Shown here one piece after another: positions 46,443 to 57,221 of a stretch of DNA of 64,000 nt. A program made the position numbers and the translations under genes. Location: NCBI GenBank assembly GCA_963812135.1, contig CAWETU010000001.1, positions 288,001-352,000 on the forward strand, given 5' to 3'. The first letter of the stretch is position 1; the number at the start of each line of letters is the position of its first letter. The notes below the pieces were generated by a model. The model worked only from the letters and a program-made list of their open reading frames with translations, ran no database searches and was not told where the DNA came from. The stretch is from Vulcanimicrobiota bacterium (GTDB lineage: Bacteria; Vulcanimicrobiota; Vulcanimicrobiia; Eremiobacterales; Eremiobacteraceae).

Positions 46443-46733
46443 CTATGCCTTGCCGGCCGGGTCGACGGCGACGACTTGGCGATCCTTGCTGCCGCGCGAG
46501 AAGGCGACCTTGCCTTCGACGAGCGCGAACAACGTGTTGTCCTTGCCCATGCCGACGTTCGTGCCCGGATAGTACTTCGTGCCGCGCTGGCGCAGGATGA
46601 TGTTGCCGGCGATGACCGTTTGGCCGCCGAACTTTTTGACGCCCAGACGCTTGCTTTGCGAATCACGGCCATTGCGCGACGAACCGAGACCTTTCTTGTG
46701 GGCAAAGCGCTGCAGATTAATGGAGAAAGACAC
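46443..46733 (-). CDS. rpmA: 50S ribosomal protein L27 with N-terminal extension
   Basis: RBS AAGGAG then [36 protein letters not shown]; upstream TTGACC-N18-TATACT. Confidence 0.95.
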   Translation of the reverse strand: MSFSINLQRFAHKKGLGSSRNGRDSQSKRLGVKKFGGQTVIAGNIILRQRGTKYYPGTNVGMGKDNTLFALVEGKVAFSRGSKDRQVVAVDPAGKA

Positions 46734-46843
46734 TCGAAAAGGGCTCCTTAGAATGGAAATCGTCCGAAAACCGGACGCCAACGAAGTATATCAAAGCTCG
46801 GCGTATTGGGTCAACTTCGGGGCTCCAAAGGGCGTTAAGAGAC

Positions 46844-48292
46844 CTAGCCCATGTTCTGTGTTGGGGGACGCAACGAGGCTCGCCGGCCGCCGAAACGATA
46901 AAACGCGAGACCGCTAGCGACCATGACCGCGGTGAGGCCGAGTACTTTCACCACCGCGAGTACCTTGTTCGGCTCGTCATCCGCCGGAAATGCGGCGAGC
47001 ACGATCGAGCCTGCCGTCGTGAGCAGGCCGATCGCGGCACCGATCACTACCGTCGCTTTGCCGCCCGGAATGCGGATATCGCCCGGCGCCGCTCCGCCGT
47101 GCAACTTGATCGCCGACGCGAAGAGCGCCAGGAACGGGATGAACGTGATGATCACCGTGGTGCTCACCAGCACATCGTATGCGCCCTTCACGCTTGTGCC
47201 GCCCTGCCCGAGGAGGATGAAGATCGCCGCGAGGGCCGCCTGCGTGATCAGCGCGACGACCGGCGAACCCCATCGAGGATGCATGCGGCCGAATGCAGCC
47301 GGCAGATAACGATCGATGCCGGCGACGAACGGAATGCGCGCGACCGCGCCGAGCCACGCGCCGACGCTGCCCAAGCAGCTGATCGTGACGAGCACGGCCG
47401 CGACCGGCGTCACCACAGACCAACCGATGCGCGTCGTACCTGCGGCGATCGATTGCATGACGCCGTATAATCCGCTGACATGCGCTGCGGGTACGGCCAC
47501 GAGCACGCTCGCCGTGCCGGCGATGTAGATCGCCGCGATCGCCGGCGCGGCGATCGCCAAGCCGCGCGGAATCGCGCGGCGCGGATCTTTGACCTCGCCG
47601 GACATGAACGCGATCGCCTCGGGACCAGTCCATGCGAATGCGATCACCGACCAGAAGATCACATCTTTGAGCCCAAGACCCGGCCGCACGGTCGCAAGAT
47701 TGATCGGCGTGGCTGCGCCGAACCGCCACCACAGCAGCACGCCGATGCCGATGAGCACGAGCGTCACGATCCAGCGGCTCGCCGCGCCGACGTTGTTGAG
47801 CCACTTGCCGACATCGAGCCCGAGCACGTTGACGATCGTACCAAGCGCGAGTCCGCCGATCGAAACGGCGATAAAGAACGCGGGCGTGCCGGCGAGCGAT
47901 GCGCCGGAGCCGCCGAACATATAGAGCGCATTGCCCGCGGTGAAGTACAGCAGCGCTGGGAAGTACGGCAGATTGCTCGCCCAATACGTCCAGCCCGTCA
48001 TGAAACCGGCGAACGGGCCAAAGGCGCGCTTGCTCCAGACGTAGACGCCGCCCTCTTCCGGATAGCGGGCGGTCAAATACACGACGGCGATGGAGAGCGG
48101 CACGAACATGCAGACACAACCGATGAGCCAGACGACGAGCGAGCTCGGGCCGGCCGCAGCAGCGGTGGCCACCCACTGCAGATTGGTGCATGCGATGACG
48201 AAGAAGAGCACCACGTCCATGAGCCCGAGACTGCGACGCAGCTCGGGGACGGCGGTTTCGCCCGCCAGGGCGACGGCCGGTCCGGTCGCCAC
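46844..48292 (-). CDS. APC family amino acid permease
   Basis: About 12 TM helices; [25 protein letters not shown]. Confidence 0.9.
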   Translation of the reverse strand: MATGPAVALAGETAVPELRRSLGLMDVVLFFVIACTNLQWVATAAAAGPSSLVVWLIGCVCMFVPLSIAVVYLTARYPEEGGVYVWSKRAFGPFAGFMTGWTYWASNLPYFPALLYFTAGNALYMFGGSGASLAGTPAFFIAVSIGGLALGTIVNVLGLDVGKWLNNVGAASRWIVTLVLIGIGVLLWWRFGAATPINLATVRPGLGLKDVIFWSVIAFAWTGPEAIAFMSGEVKDPRRAIPRGLAIAAPAIAAIYIAGTASVLVAVPAAHVSGLYGVMQSIAAGTTRIGWSVVTPVAAVLVTISCLGSVGAWLGAVARIPFVAGIDRYLPAAFGRMHPRWGSPVVALITQAALAAIFILLGQGGTSVKGAYDVLVSTTVIITFIPFLALFASAIKLHGGAAPGDIRIPGGKATVVIGAAIGLLTTAGSIVLAAFPADDEPNKVLAVVKVLGLTAVMVASGLAFYRFGGRRASLRPPTQNMG

Positions 48293-48358
48293 GCGCTAAC
48301 CCTCGGGGCCGCGCGACTGGGGGAACGTCAATGCAGCGCGCGAAAACGCGCATTCGCC

Positions 48359-49516
48359 ATGGGACTCGAACGCACGCTGCCCCGCGATTTTTATTTCTCG
48401 GCTGAGTTGTACCGCCAGGAACAAGAGCGGATCTTTTGGCGCGAGTGGTTCTGCGCGGGCCGCGAAGAAGAGCTGCCGAATCCCGGAGACTACGTGCACG
48501 TCGACGTCGCCGGGCAGAGCGTGCTCGTCGTCCGCACCAAGGACGGCGCATTGGCCGCGCACTACAACGTCTGCCGCCATCGCGGCAGCCGGCTGGTGCT
48601 GGGCGAGCTGACGAAGATCGACATGGGCGATCGGTGCGCCCCGATGGGTACGTTTGGCGGCGCCATCCGTTGCCCGTATCATTCGTGGACGTACGAGCTC
48701 GACGGCCGCCTGCGCACCGCACCCTATCTCACCGAAAGCGATGGGGTGCGCAAAGAAGATTTCTCGCTGTATCCGGTCGGCATCGACACCTGGGGCGGTT
48801 TCTTCTTCCTCAATCTCATGCCCCAAGAGGCGGTTGCGCACGGGCACACGCTTGCCGCGCAACTCGACGCCGTTCCGCTGCGCCTCGCGCGCTATCCGCT
48901 GAGCGAGCTGCGCACCGCGCGGCGATTGATCTATGACGTCGCCGCCAACTGGAAGGTCATCCTCGAGAACTACAACGAGTGCTACCATTGCGCCGGCGTC
49001 CATCCCGAGCTGTGTTCCATCGTGCCCGCCTTCAAACAGGCGGGTGGCGGGCAGCTCGATTGGGAGCGCGGGATACCGCACCGCGATGGAGCGTTCACCT
49101 TCACGCGCAGCGGTACGACAACGCGAACCGCTTTCCCCGGGCTCGACGACGACGAGCGCGTGCGCCACAAGGGCGAGCTGATCTATCCCAACTTCTTGTT
49201 GAGCCTTTCAGCCGACCATGTCGCCGCATTCACGCTCTGGCCACATGCGCCGCAGCGCACCACCGTGGTGTGCGATTTCTTGTTCCATCCGAGCGAGATG
49301 TCCAAGCCCGGGTTCGACCCGTCGGATGCGGTCGAGTTCTGGGACCTCGTCAACCGCCAAGACTGGACGATCTGCACGTCGGTGCAGCGAGGCATGCAAG
49401 CGCGCGTCTTCGAGTACGGCTATTATGCGCCGATGGAAAGCGCGAGTCTCGACATCCGACGCTACGTGCGCGAACGGCTCGACATTCCAGAAGCCAGCGG
49501 TCCAGACGCCGAGTGA
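48359..49516 (+). CDS. Rieske oxygenase alpha subunit (GbcA/choline monooxygenase-like)
   Basis: NVCRHRG...CPYHSW Rieske motif; NWK..ENYNECYHC..VHP; NRQDW.IC..VQRG. Confidence 0.9.
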   Translation: MGLERTLPRDFYFSAELYRQEQERIFWREWFCAGREEELPNPGDYVHVDVAGQSVLVVRTKDGALAAHYNVCRHRGSRLVLGELTKIDMGDRCAPMGTFGGAIRCPYHSWTYELDGRLRTAPYLTESDGVRKEDFSLYPVGIDTWGGFFFLNLMPQEAVAHGHTLAAQLDAVPLRLARYPLSELRTARRLIYDVAANWKVILENYNECYHCAGVHPELCSIVPAFKQAGGGQLDWERGIPHRDGAFTFTRSGTTTRTAFPGLDDDERVRHKGELIYPNFLLSLSADHVAAFTLWPHAPQRTTVVCDFLFHPSEMSKPGFDPSDAVEFWDLVNRQDWTICTSVQRGMQARVFEYGYYAPMESASLDIRRYVRERLDIPEASGPDAE

Positions 49517-50686
49517 CGACGCGCAGAGATTTCAGATTTCTCGTCCTGGGTCTTGGCGGCATCGGCAGCGGCGCCGCGTATTGGCTCTCGCGCCGCTTCG
49601 GCGCCGACGTCATCGGTCTCGAGCGGTTCGAACTCGGGCACGTGCGCGGCGAGTCCCAAGATCATTCGCGCATCATCCGCTTGTCGTATCATGCGCCGAT
49701 CTACGTCGAACTCGCCAAGCGCGCGTACGAAAGTTGGGCTGTGCTCGAGTCCGACGCGGGCGAGCGGGTCGTGCTCGAAACGGGCGGTCTCGATCTTGGT
49801 CCCAGGGTGAGCGCGATACCGCTGGAAACATACGCGCGGGCGATGGAGACGTGCGGCGTCGCATTCGAACGACTCGACGCGCGCGAGATCATGCGCCGCT
49901 GGCCGCAGTGGACGCTCACCGACGATATCGACGGCCTGTTCCAACCCCGCAGCGGCATCGCGATGGCTGCGAAAGCAAACGCCGCCCATCAACGCATGGC
50001 GCGCGAGCACGGCGCGACGCTGCTCGACCGCACGCTGGTCGCTTCGATACGCCAGACCGGCGGCGAATATGAGGTGGCGACGGAACGCGGTACCTTCCGG
50101 TGCCAGGGCCTTGCCGTCGCGGCGGGGCCGTGGTCGAACGACGCTCTGTCGAACTTCGGCGTGCATCTGCCGCTTGAAGTCACCAAGGAGCAGGTCACAT
50201 ACTTCGAGCCGCCGGCGTTGGCGAGCTTCGCGCCCGAACGCTTCCCGGTATGGATCTGGATGGACGATCCGTCGTTCTACGGCTTTCCTGCGTTCGGCGA
50301 ACCGGCGGTCAAAGTGGCGCAAGACGCAGGCGGGAAGACCGGTCGATCCGGACTCGCGCGATTTCGAACCGGACTCAGACAATCTGGCGCGCGTGCGCGC
50401 CTTCCTCGAGCGTCACTTGCCGTCGGCGCTCGGCCCGATCCGGTATACAAAGACATGTTTGTACACGCTCACGCCCGACCGTGATTTCGTCATCGACCAC
50501 ATCCCAGCTCATCCGACGGCAGCGGTCGCCATCGGTGCGGGGCACGCGTTCAAATTCGCGTCAGTGATCGGACGCGTACTGTCCGAGCTCATCGCCGACG
50601 GTTCCACACCCAGCGACATCGGCGCGTTTGCTCTCACGCGTCAGATTCTGACCCTGGCCGATCCGCCAAAGAAATATATGGTCTAG
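49513..50686 (+). CDS. solA: SolA/monomeric sarcosine oxidase-family flavoprotein, apparent frameshift near 50335
   Basis: LGLGGIGS, GESQDHSRIIR, AAGPW; C-terminal CLYTLTPDRDFVID and GHAFKFAS lie in the shifted frame. Confidence 0.8.
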
Positions 50687-50721
50687 CGAAGACCAAAGCC
50701 GCTTTTGCCGGGGTCGCGTTT

Positions 50722-51339
50722 TCAGCGTGGCCAGTAAAGGGTCGTGTTCGTGTACGGATCGTAGCCGATTTCGATTTGAATCGTCTTGTTCGGCTGGAGC
50801 GTCACTTGCGGGCCCGGGCCCTTGAGGTTCCCGAACGTGGCTTTACCGGCGCCGCTGCCGCCCATTCCCGATGTCTGGATCACTTTCCAATAAAGTGTGC
50901 CGGTCTCCGGCGCGTTCCCCGCAAGCGGAAACGCGAAAAGACAGCCGCCGGCGCTGTCAGGTTGGTAGCTGCCATGAACTGTCGTCTGGCCGGTCGGTGT
51001 GAGGACCAAGGAGATGACGCCGCACGCTTCCGTCACTGGGCCACCAGTCGGAGACGGCGAAGGCGCGACCATCGTCACGACCGCGGTGTTGATCTTCGGA
51101 CTGGGCTTGACCGTCGTCGCGACCGCGATATTGCTCTTTGGGCTTGCAGTGGGCGCGGGTTGAATCGCTGCCGTCAAACCTCGCGAACTCACGTGAAAGC
51201 CTGCTTGGCCGACGCGGTCGCCCTGGATCCGGATGTAGCCGACCCACCCACGGGTGGAAGCCAGGACAGGCGCTTGGCTCGTTGCGGCGATGAACGAAGC
51301 AAAAGCGAGGGTGAGCACGAGTGCAGACGCCTTCCACAT
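50722..51339 (-). CDS. Exported hypothetical protein
   Basis: RBS GGAGG; signal peptide; P/T/S-rich linker; Cys pair. Confidence 0.55.
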   Translation of the reverse strand: MWKASALVLTLAFASFIAATSQAPVLASTRGWVGYIRIQGDRVGQAGFHVSSRGLTAAIQPAPTASPKSNIAVATTVKPSPKINTAVVTMVAPSPSPTGGPVTEACGVISLVLTPTGQTTVHGSYQPDSAGGCLFAFPLAGNAPETGTLYWKVIQTSGMGGSGAGKATFGNLKGPGPQVTLQPNKTIQIEIGYDPYTNTTLYWPR

Positions 51340-51434
51340 GATAGTGATCCTCCGTTGTCTCTGAAACGCGGCATTACACCGGGAAATTCCACGGCCGTTG
51401 CCTTGCCAACGCGGGGTGTGGGTAAAGGGTATCT

Positions 51435-52326
51435 ATGCGGCAGGCTGTCATCATCGCTAGCCTTTCCTCGCGCTACGGCAAGGTAGACTTGGACGAGGCG
51501 CGCTCGCTCCTCCTCGCCCGAGGTATCGAAGTCGCCGAGTCATACGCGAGCGCGGATCACCGCGAGCTCTGTCGCCGGGTGAGGAGCGCCGTCAAGTCGG
51601 GTCATCGCTTGATCGTGGCGTGCGGCGGGGACGGCTTGCAGACTTCGATCGTCGGCGAACTTGCGCATACCAAGGCCGTGCTCGGCGTCATTCCCGCCGG
51701 CACCGGCAACAGTTTCGCGCAAAGCCTTGACATCAAGATGTCTGTCAAAGACGCCGTCGACATCATCGCAAAGGGAAAAGTCGCCAAGGTTGACCTCGGC
51801 GTCGTCAACGGGACTCATTTCGCCAATTTCGCGACGATCGGCTTACCGTCCGAAATCGCGCGGCGCACGCCGCGCTCTCTGAAGAAGTGGACGGGCCCGC
51901 TGGCATACGCGCTCGCCGGTGCGGGACCCATTCTCACTCGCCGGCCCTTCACGTGCGTGATCAAATGGAAGCGCCAGAAGCTCAAATTGGAAACGCATTT
52001 GGTCATCGTGGCCAACGGCCGTTTCTACGGCGACACGCCGCTGTTGCCCAAAGCCTCGCTCACGGACGGGAAACTGTCGGTGTTCACGACGACGGGGCGT
52101 CTCGATCGGCGACAAGGTCGGAACGTCCATCGACTTCCTGCGGGGTGATCAGACGAAGCGCCGCGATGCCGAGTTCTTCTCAGCCTCCAAGCTCCGGGTC
52201 AAGACACACAAGCGCCAGCCGATCGCGATCGACGGCGACTATCTCGGTAAGACGCCCGCAAAATTCTCTGTCGACAAGCGTGCGCTCAAAGTGATGGTGT
52301 CCAAGCGCTTCAAGGAGCGCTCCTAG
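51435..52326 (+). CDS. YegS/BmrU diacylglycerol kinase-family lipid kinase, apparent frameshift near 52095
   Basis: CGGDG, PAGTGNSFA, VANGRFYG; shifted frame continues ...AIDGDYLGKTP..ALKVMV. Confidence 0.8.
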
Positions 52327-52961
52327 ATGGAGGCGCGGCTGTGGACCTCGAGCGCGGTTGCGTTTGCTCTTTTCCTCGCGCTTGGCTTTTTCGTCATGTC
52401 GATGCCGACTTCGAGCCTCGATATCGCGGCTGCGTCGCTACAAGGGCACGGCCGTGCAGGCTGCGGTCATCTTCACCGAATCTGGGAGGTTTGTCGCGCT
52501 CGCTGTGATAGGTCTCATCGGTGTGGCGATACTCGCCGCGGCACGAATGCCGTGGTGGTTCGGCGTCGGCGTGCTCCTGTCGGAGGCTGCGTCGCAAGGC
52601 GCGATCGAGCTGATCAAGGACGTGTTCCACCGCGTTCGCCCAGACTACTGGATCGTGTATCACGAAAGTGGCTACTCGTATCCAAGCGGGCACGCAGCCA
52701 CGGCGATCGTTTTCTTCGGAAGTTGGTTCTTGATCGTATCTGTTGTCGCCGCTGCCGCGCGCCGATGAGGATACATCTTGGCTGCGATCATCTTCGCATG
52801 GATGATCGGCATCGATTGGTCGCGCCTCGCGCTCGGCGCACATTACGCGACCGACGTGCTCGGGGGACCTGTTCGGCATCGCCTGGGTGAGCAGTCTCCT
52901 TGCGTCCATTGTCCACTTCAGGCGCACACGCCAAATCGTGGGACAAGCACTTCCGCACTAG
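52327..52961 (+). CDS. PAP2 family phosphatase, multiple apparent frameshifts
   Basis: K..FHRVRP, SYPSGHA and SRLALGAHYATDVLGG motifs spread over different frames. Confidence 0.7.
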
Positions 52962-52966
52962 CGTTC

Positions 52967-53116
52967 CTAGCGTCGTTTGAAGTACTGCACCGCGCGCTCG
53001 TGTTTTTCGGCCGCCTCGCGGCTCTTGAACGTGCCGAGGTTCCTGCGCTTGCCGGTCTTCGGGTTTTTCTTCCTCGAATAGAGGCGGTACTCGCCTGACG
53101 GCAATTTGCGTATCAT
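52967..53116 (-). CDS. Small basic hypothetical protein (49 aa)
   Basis: MIRKLPSGEYRLYSRKKNPKTGKRRNLGTFKSREAAEKHERAVQYFKRR; coding-like codon use; candidate promoter just upstream. Confidence 0.7.
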   Translation of the reverse strand: MIRKLPSGEYRLYSRKKNPKTGKRRNLGTFKSREAAEKHERAVQYFKRR

Positions 53117-53261
53117 GCGCGCCGCTTCGGTCGGCCCAAGCGAAGGCCCTATTTCAGGCCGCGTTCGGGGCAAAAACCCAGTAGGTGAGCACGGGCACGG
53201 CGCGCGAATGACCGCTGCAGCGGCGGCCATTTCCTTATTGTAGCGAAAGGTCTTTTCTCAC

Positions 53262-55856
53262 ATGAAGCGGTTTCTCGTTGCGGCGGCGCTCATCGCCGTC
53301 GCCTTTACGATTCTGCCGCTGCAGGCGCGCGCCGATGACGACGCAGCGCCGGCGGCACTCGCCAAGTTCACGGACGGGCTCACCCCGCAAAAAGGCCTGT
53401 TCACCGTGTGGCGCAAGGGCGGCAAAGTATATCTCGAGCTGACCCCCGCGCAGCTCAACCATGATTTCATTCTCAGCGCCGTGCCCGGCAACGGCTTGGG
53501 CGGCTATTTCATCTCGGCGGGCGGCGCCGACTATTTCTCACCGCACATCGTGCGGTTCGTGCGCCAAGACGACAAGATCGCGATCCTCTTCCCCAACACG
53601 ATCTTCGTCGCGCCGCCCAACACGCCTGATGCGCGCGCGATCGAGGACCAAACCGCCAAGTCGGTCGTCGGCGTGACCAAAGTCGCGGCCGTCGACGCCA
53701 CAAGCGGCGATGTCCTGATAGACGCCGCGCCGCTGCTCGGCGACGTCATCGATTTCGCCGACACCCTCAAGGCCGCGCTCGGCAACCCGGATCCGGGCAA
53801 GCTCTATCATCTTGACGCCGATCGCTCGTATTACGGACCTACCAAATCGTTTCCGGACAACACGCTGGTCGACGTGCGCCAGACGTGGACGAGCGACGAC
53901 GCGTCGATCATCGACAACGTGCCCGATCCGCGCGCCATCGAGTTCCGCATCGACTACAACTTCATCGAGCCGCCCAAAGACGGCGACTACATGCCCCGCT
54001 ACGCCGACGATCGCATCGGATTCTTCGACAACGTGCGGCTCAATTTCGGTTCCGACAAGCTGATCAATCGCCAGCAGCGCTACATCTGTCGTTGGAACAT
54101 GCAGAAGACCGATCCCAACGCGCCGATGTCGCCGGCCAAGCATCCCATGGTGTTCTACATGAGCAACACCATCCCGGACCGCTATCGCAACGCGATCCGC
54201 ACGGCGGTGCTCGAATGGAACAAGGCGTTCACTCCGCTCGGCATCAGCGATGCGGTCCAAGTCAAAGATCAGCCCAACGATCCGAACTGGGATGCCGACG
54301 ACGTCCGCTACAGCGTCTTGCGCTGGCTCACCGACTCGAACGCGAGCGGTTTTCTCGAGGCGCAGATCTACTTCGACCCGCGCACCGGCCAGGAGTTCCG
54401 CACCGGCGTCATCTTCGATGCCGATTACGTGAATTTCGGCGACCTCGCCTATCCGTTCTTCGTCGATGCGAGCCGCGGCACGTCGTTCGCCGCCCGCGAG
54501 CGATACTACGGCGCCGAGAAGCGCAACGAGGCTGGCTTCGGCGCGGTCGCCATGCGCCTGCTGGGCGATTGGCCGAGCGGCGACGTACCGCAGAAGTACA
54601 TCGACGACTTCCTCATCGACGGCACGCTGCACGAAGTGGGGCACGACATGGGCATGATGCACAACTTCATCGGCTCGCAAGCCTACAGCGCCGCGCAGGT
54701 CAAGAGCGCGGACTTCACCGCCAAGCACGGCATGTCGTCGTCGGTGATGGAGTACAACCCGATCAACTTCTGGCCCAAAGGTCAATCGCACGGCGCGCTG
54801 TTCATGACGACCATTGGCCCGTACGACTACTATGCGATCCACTGGGCGTACGCGCCGATCCCCGGCGCGCGCACGCCCGAGGACGAACTGCCGACGCTCA
54901 ATCGATGGCTCGCGCAATCGACCAATCCATGGTATCGCTTTGCATCAGACGAAGACGTGTCGTGGAACGATGCACATGCGATCGACCCGCGCGTCGTGCA
55001 GTTCGACCTCACCAACGACAACGTGAGCTGGTGCGATTCGCGCATGGATCTCGCGCGCAGCCTCCTGATGAAGCTCAACGACCGCTATCCGCGCACGCAG
55101 CACCCGTATGAAGAAGAGCGGGCCGCGTTCGGCTTCATCCTGCGCGAGTACAACCGCTGCAGCCTCGTCTTCGAGCATTACATCGGCGGCGAGTATCTCT
55201 CGCGCGCGCGGCCGGGCGACCCGGGCGCGCCCGCGCCGCTGACGCCCGTCGCGCGCAGCACGCAGCGGCGCGCGTGGGAGAACCTCGATCGCTACGTCTT
55301 CTCGGTCACCGCGATGAAGCTGCCGCCGGGCCTGCTCAACCGCTTGACGTATCAAGAGTGGGAACCGTTCCAGGGCGGCAGCTGGGCGTACGACCCGCCG
55401 GCTCGCCACGACGTGCCCATCGTCGAAGTGATCGGCGGCCTGCAGCGCTACATCTTGCGCACCCTGTATCTGCCGCTGCGTTTGCAACGGATCGACGAGA
55501 TCGTCGTGCGTGCCAAGCCGGGCAGCACGATGTCGCTAACCGACCTGTTCAACTGGACGCAGGACAGCGTGTACGGCGACTTGCGCGCGGCGCGCTTGAG
55601 CGAGGTGCCGCTGCTGACGCGCAATCTCCAAGCGGAGTACACGCGGATGCTCATCGCGATGGCGCTGACGCCCACGAGAGACACGCCAAGCGACGCGCAG
55701 GCGCTGGCTCGGGCGAAGCTTGTCAGCCTGTCGGGCACGCTGCGCGGCGCGCTCAACTCCGGTTCGCTGGACGAGATCTCGCGCGCGCACTTGGAGAACT
55801 TGCAGAACAAGGTATCGCTTGCGCTGCAAGGCCGGCAGGCCTCATCGGCGCCATAG
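53262..55856 (+). CDS. Secreted Met-zincin metalloprotease (DUF5117/DUF4953-type)
   Basis: Signal peptide; PRYADDRIGFF, HEVGHDMGMMHNF, SSVMEY Met-turn, GPYDYYAI.WAY. Confidence 0.88.
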   Translation: MKRFLVAAALIAVAFTILPLQARADDDAAPAALAKFTDGLTPQKGLFTVWRKGGKVYLELTPAQLNHDFILSAVPGNGLGGYFISAGGADYFSPHIVRFVRQDDKIAILFPNTIFVAPPNTPDARAIEDQTAKSVVGVTKVAAVDATSGDVLIDAAPLLGDVIDFADTLKAALGNPDPGKLYHLDADRSYYGPTKSFPDNTLVDVRQTWTSDDASIIDNVPDPRAIEFRIDYNFIEPPKDGDYMPRYADDRIGFFDNVRLNFGSDKLINRQQRYICRWNMQKTDPNAPMSPAKHPMVFYMSNTIPDRYRNAIRTAVLEWNKAFTPLGISDAVQVKDQPNDPNWDADDVRYSVLRWLTDSNASGFLEAQIYFDPRTGQEFRTGVIFDADYVNFGDLAYPFFVDASRGTSFAARERYYGAEKRNEAGFGAVAMRLLGDWPSGDVPQKYIDDFLIDGTLHEVGHDMGMMHNFIGSQAYSAAQVKSADFTAKHGMSSSVMEYNPINFWPKGQSHGALFMTTIGPYDYYAIHWAYAPIPGARTPEDELPTLNRWLAQSTNPWYRFASDEDVSWNDAHAIDPRVVQFDLTNDNVSWCDSRMDLARSLLMKLNDRYPRTQHPYEEERAAFGFILREYNRCSLVFEHYIGGEYLSRARPGDPGAPAPLTPVARSTQRRAWENLDRYVFSVTAMKLPPGLLNRLTYQEWEPFQGGSWAYDPPARHDVPIVEVIGGLQRYILRTLYLPLRLQRIDEIVVRAKPGSTMSLTDLFNWTQDSVYGDLRAARLSEVPLLTRNLQAEYTRMLIAMALTPTRDTPSDAQALARAKLVSLSGTLRGALNSGSLDEISRAHLENLQNKVSLALQGRQASSAP

Positions 55857-55878
55857 GGGGCGACCGCGGTCACTGCAG

Positions 55879-55905
55879 CAAGGGCGACCTGACCGGTCGC
55901 CCTTG
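55879..55905 (+). terminator. Hairpin/terminator after metalloprotease
   Basis: Perfect 11-bp stem CAAGGGCGACC-tgacc-GGTCGCCCTTG; weak U-tract. Confidence 0.55.
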
Positions 55906-55977
55906 TCGTTCGTCACTTGCGTGCGCACACGAAGACGGCTACGCTAAGAGCGACTTGGGCACTACCAGCTGGTGAGG

Positions 55978-57138
55978 ATGTTCGTGAGCAGCTCGTCGTT
56001 TTTGCGCAACTGCCGAATCGCCGCGGTCGCCGCTGCGGCGGTCTCGATACTATTGGCTGCAGGTTGCGCGAGCGGCGGCAAGGGCGGACCGGGCCTTATC
56101 CCACCGCCGCCGACCCCGTCGCCCACGCCCGCGCCGAACGCCCACGTGCTCGTGGTGGCCAACAGCGCGATCGCGCAGAGCTTGTCGCTCGCGCAGACGT
56201 ACATGACCGGGCGCCACATACCGGCTGGCAATCTCGTCTCGGTCGCGCTCGATCCGAACCCCAACAACTTCTCGATCGTGCAGACGGCGGCGCAGCAAGA
56301 TCTGCAGACGAAGCTCTTCACACCGATCGCCAACGCGATCCAAGCGGCGCACGTCGCCGGAGGCCGAATCGACTTCGTCGTCATGATGTGGGGCACGCCG
56401 TACATCATCAGCGGAGGCGGCACGTTCAGCGGCTATAGCGTCGACGGCATCATCTCGCAGGCGACCGGCGCGTTTCCCACGACCGGCAGCGCCTTCAACC
56501 CATATTATGGTTCGACCGCGCCGTTCTCGTCGGACACCTACCACATGGTGCTCGTGACGAGGCTCGACGGCCGATCGGTGGCCGATGTCAACGGCCTCAT
56601 CACCAACGGACTAGCGTGCGATGGGACCCATCCGCATGGCGAGTTCTTCTTCGACGTCGACCCGACCAAGAGCGACGGCTACACGGTGTTCAACACCGCC
56701 ATGCAGACCGCACAGGCCCAGCTCGCGACCGCCGGGTTCGACGCGCAGATCGACAATACGATCGCGTTTGTCGCGCCGCCCACGCCGCTCATCGGATACG
56801 TGAGCTGGGGCAGCAACGATGCGCATTTCTCGCTTGCGAACTATCACGCGCTCAGGTTCGTGCCCGGCGGGATCGCCGAAACAGCCGTGAGCACGTCGGC
56901 CAGCAATATCCGCACGCCGGGCGGCGGGCAAAGCCAGATCGCCGATCTCATCAGCCAGGGTGTCACCGGCGTGCACGGCGACGTCACCGAGCCGTTCCTC
57001 AACGCGATCCCCGATCCGCCCAGCGTGTTCGCCGCCTATACGAGCGGGCGTACGCTGGGCGAATCTTTCTGGGCTGGTCTGTCCGAGATCGTCTGGAAAG
57101 AGATCGTCATCGGCGATCCGCTGTGCAAACCGTATTGA
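55978..57138 (+). CDS. TIGR03790-like lipoprotein
   Basis: Lipobox LAAGC; VLVVAN, NPYY, LVTRLDG, SWGSND, VSTSA, GVTG..G.V.EPF, IGDPLC.PY. Confidence 0.75.
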   Translation: MFVSSSSFLRNCRIAAVAAAAVSILLAAGCASGGKGGPGLIPPPPTPSPTPAPNAHVLVVANSAIAQSLSLAQTYMTGRHIPAGNLVSVALDPNPNNFSIVQTAAQQDLQTKLFTPIANAIQAAHVAGGRIDFVVMMWGTPYIISGGGTFSGYSVDGIISQATGAFPTTGSAFNPYYGSTAPFSSDTYHMVLVTRLDGRSVADVNGLITNGLACDGTHPHGEFFFDVDPTKSDGYTVFNTAMQTAQAQLATAGFDAQIDNTIAFVAPPTPLIGYVSWGSNDAHFSLANYHALRFVPGGIAETAVSTSASNIRTPGGGQSQIADLISQGVTGVHGDVTEPFLNAIPDPPSVFAAYTSGRTLGESFWAGLSEIVWKEIVIGDPLCKPY

Positions 57139-57221
57139 GCGTGGTTGCGTGTCCCAAAGCCGCGTTTTGAAGGTCCACGCCTAAGAGCGGCAAAGGCCGC
57201 TCGTCAAGGAGGGTGGATTTT

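Noticed and set aside
46977..48722. Long Arg/Ala-rich ORFs (e.g. 46977..48722, 629..2365, 4800..6434, 61143..62900)
   Set aside because: Alternative-frame or antisense shadows of well-supported genes, expected in high-GC DNA; no recognisable motifs
51184..51200. CTCACGTGAAA partial parS-like sequence
   Set aside because: Matches only the core, flanks diverge, and it lies inside a CDS
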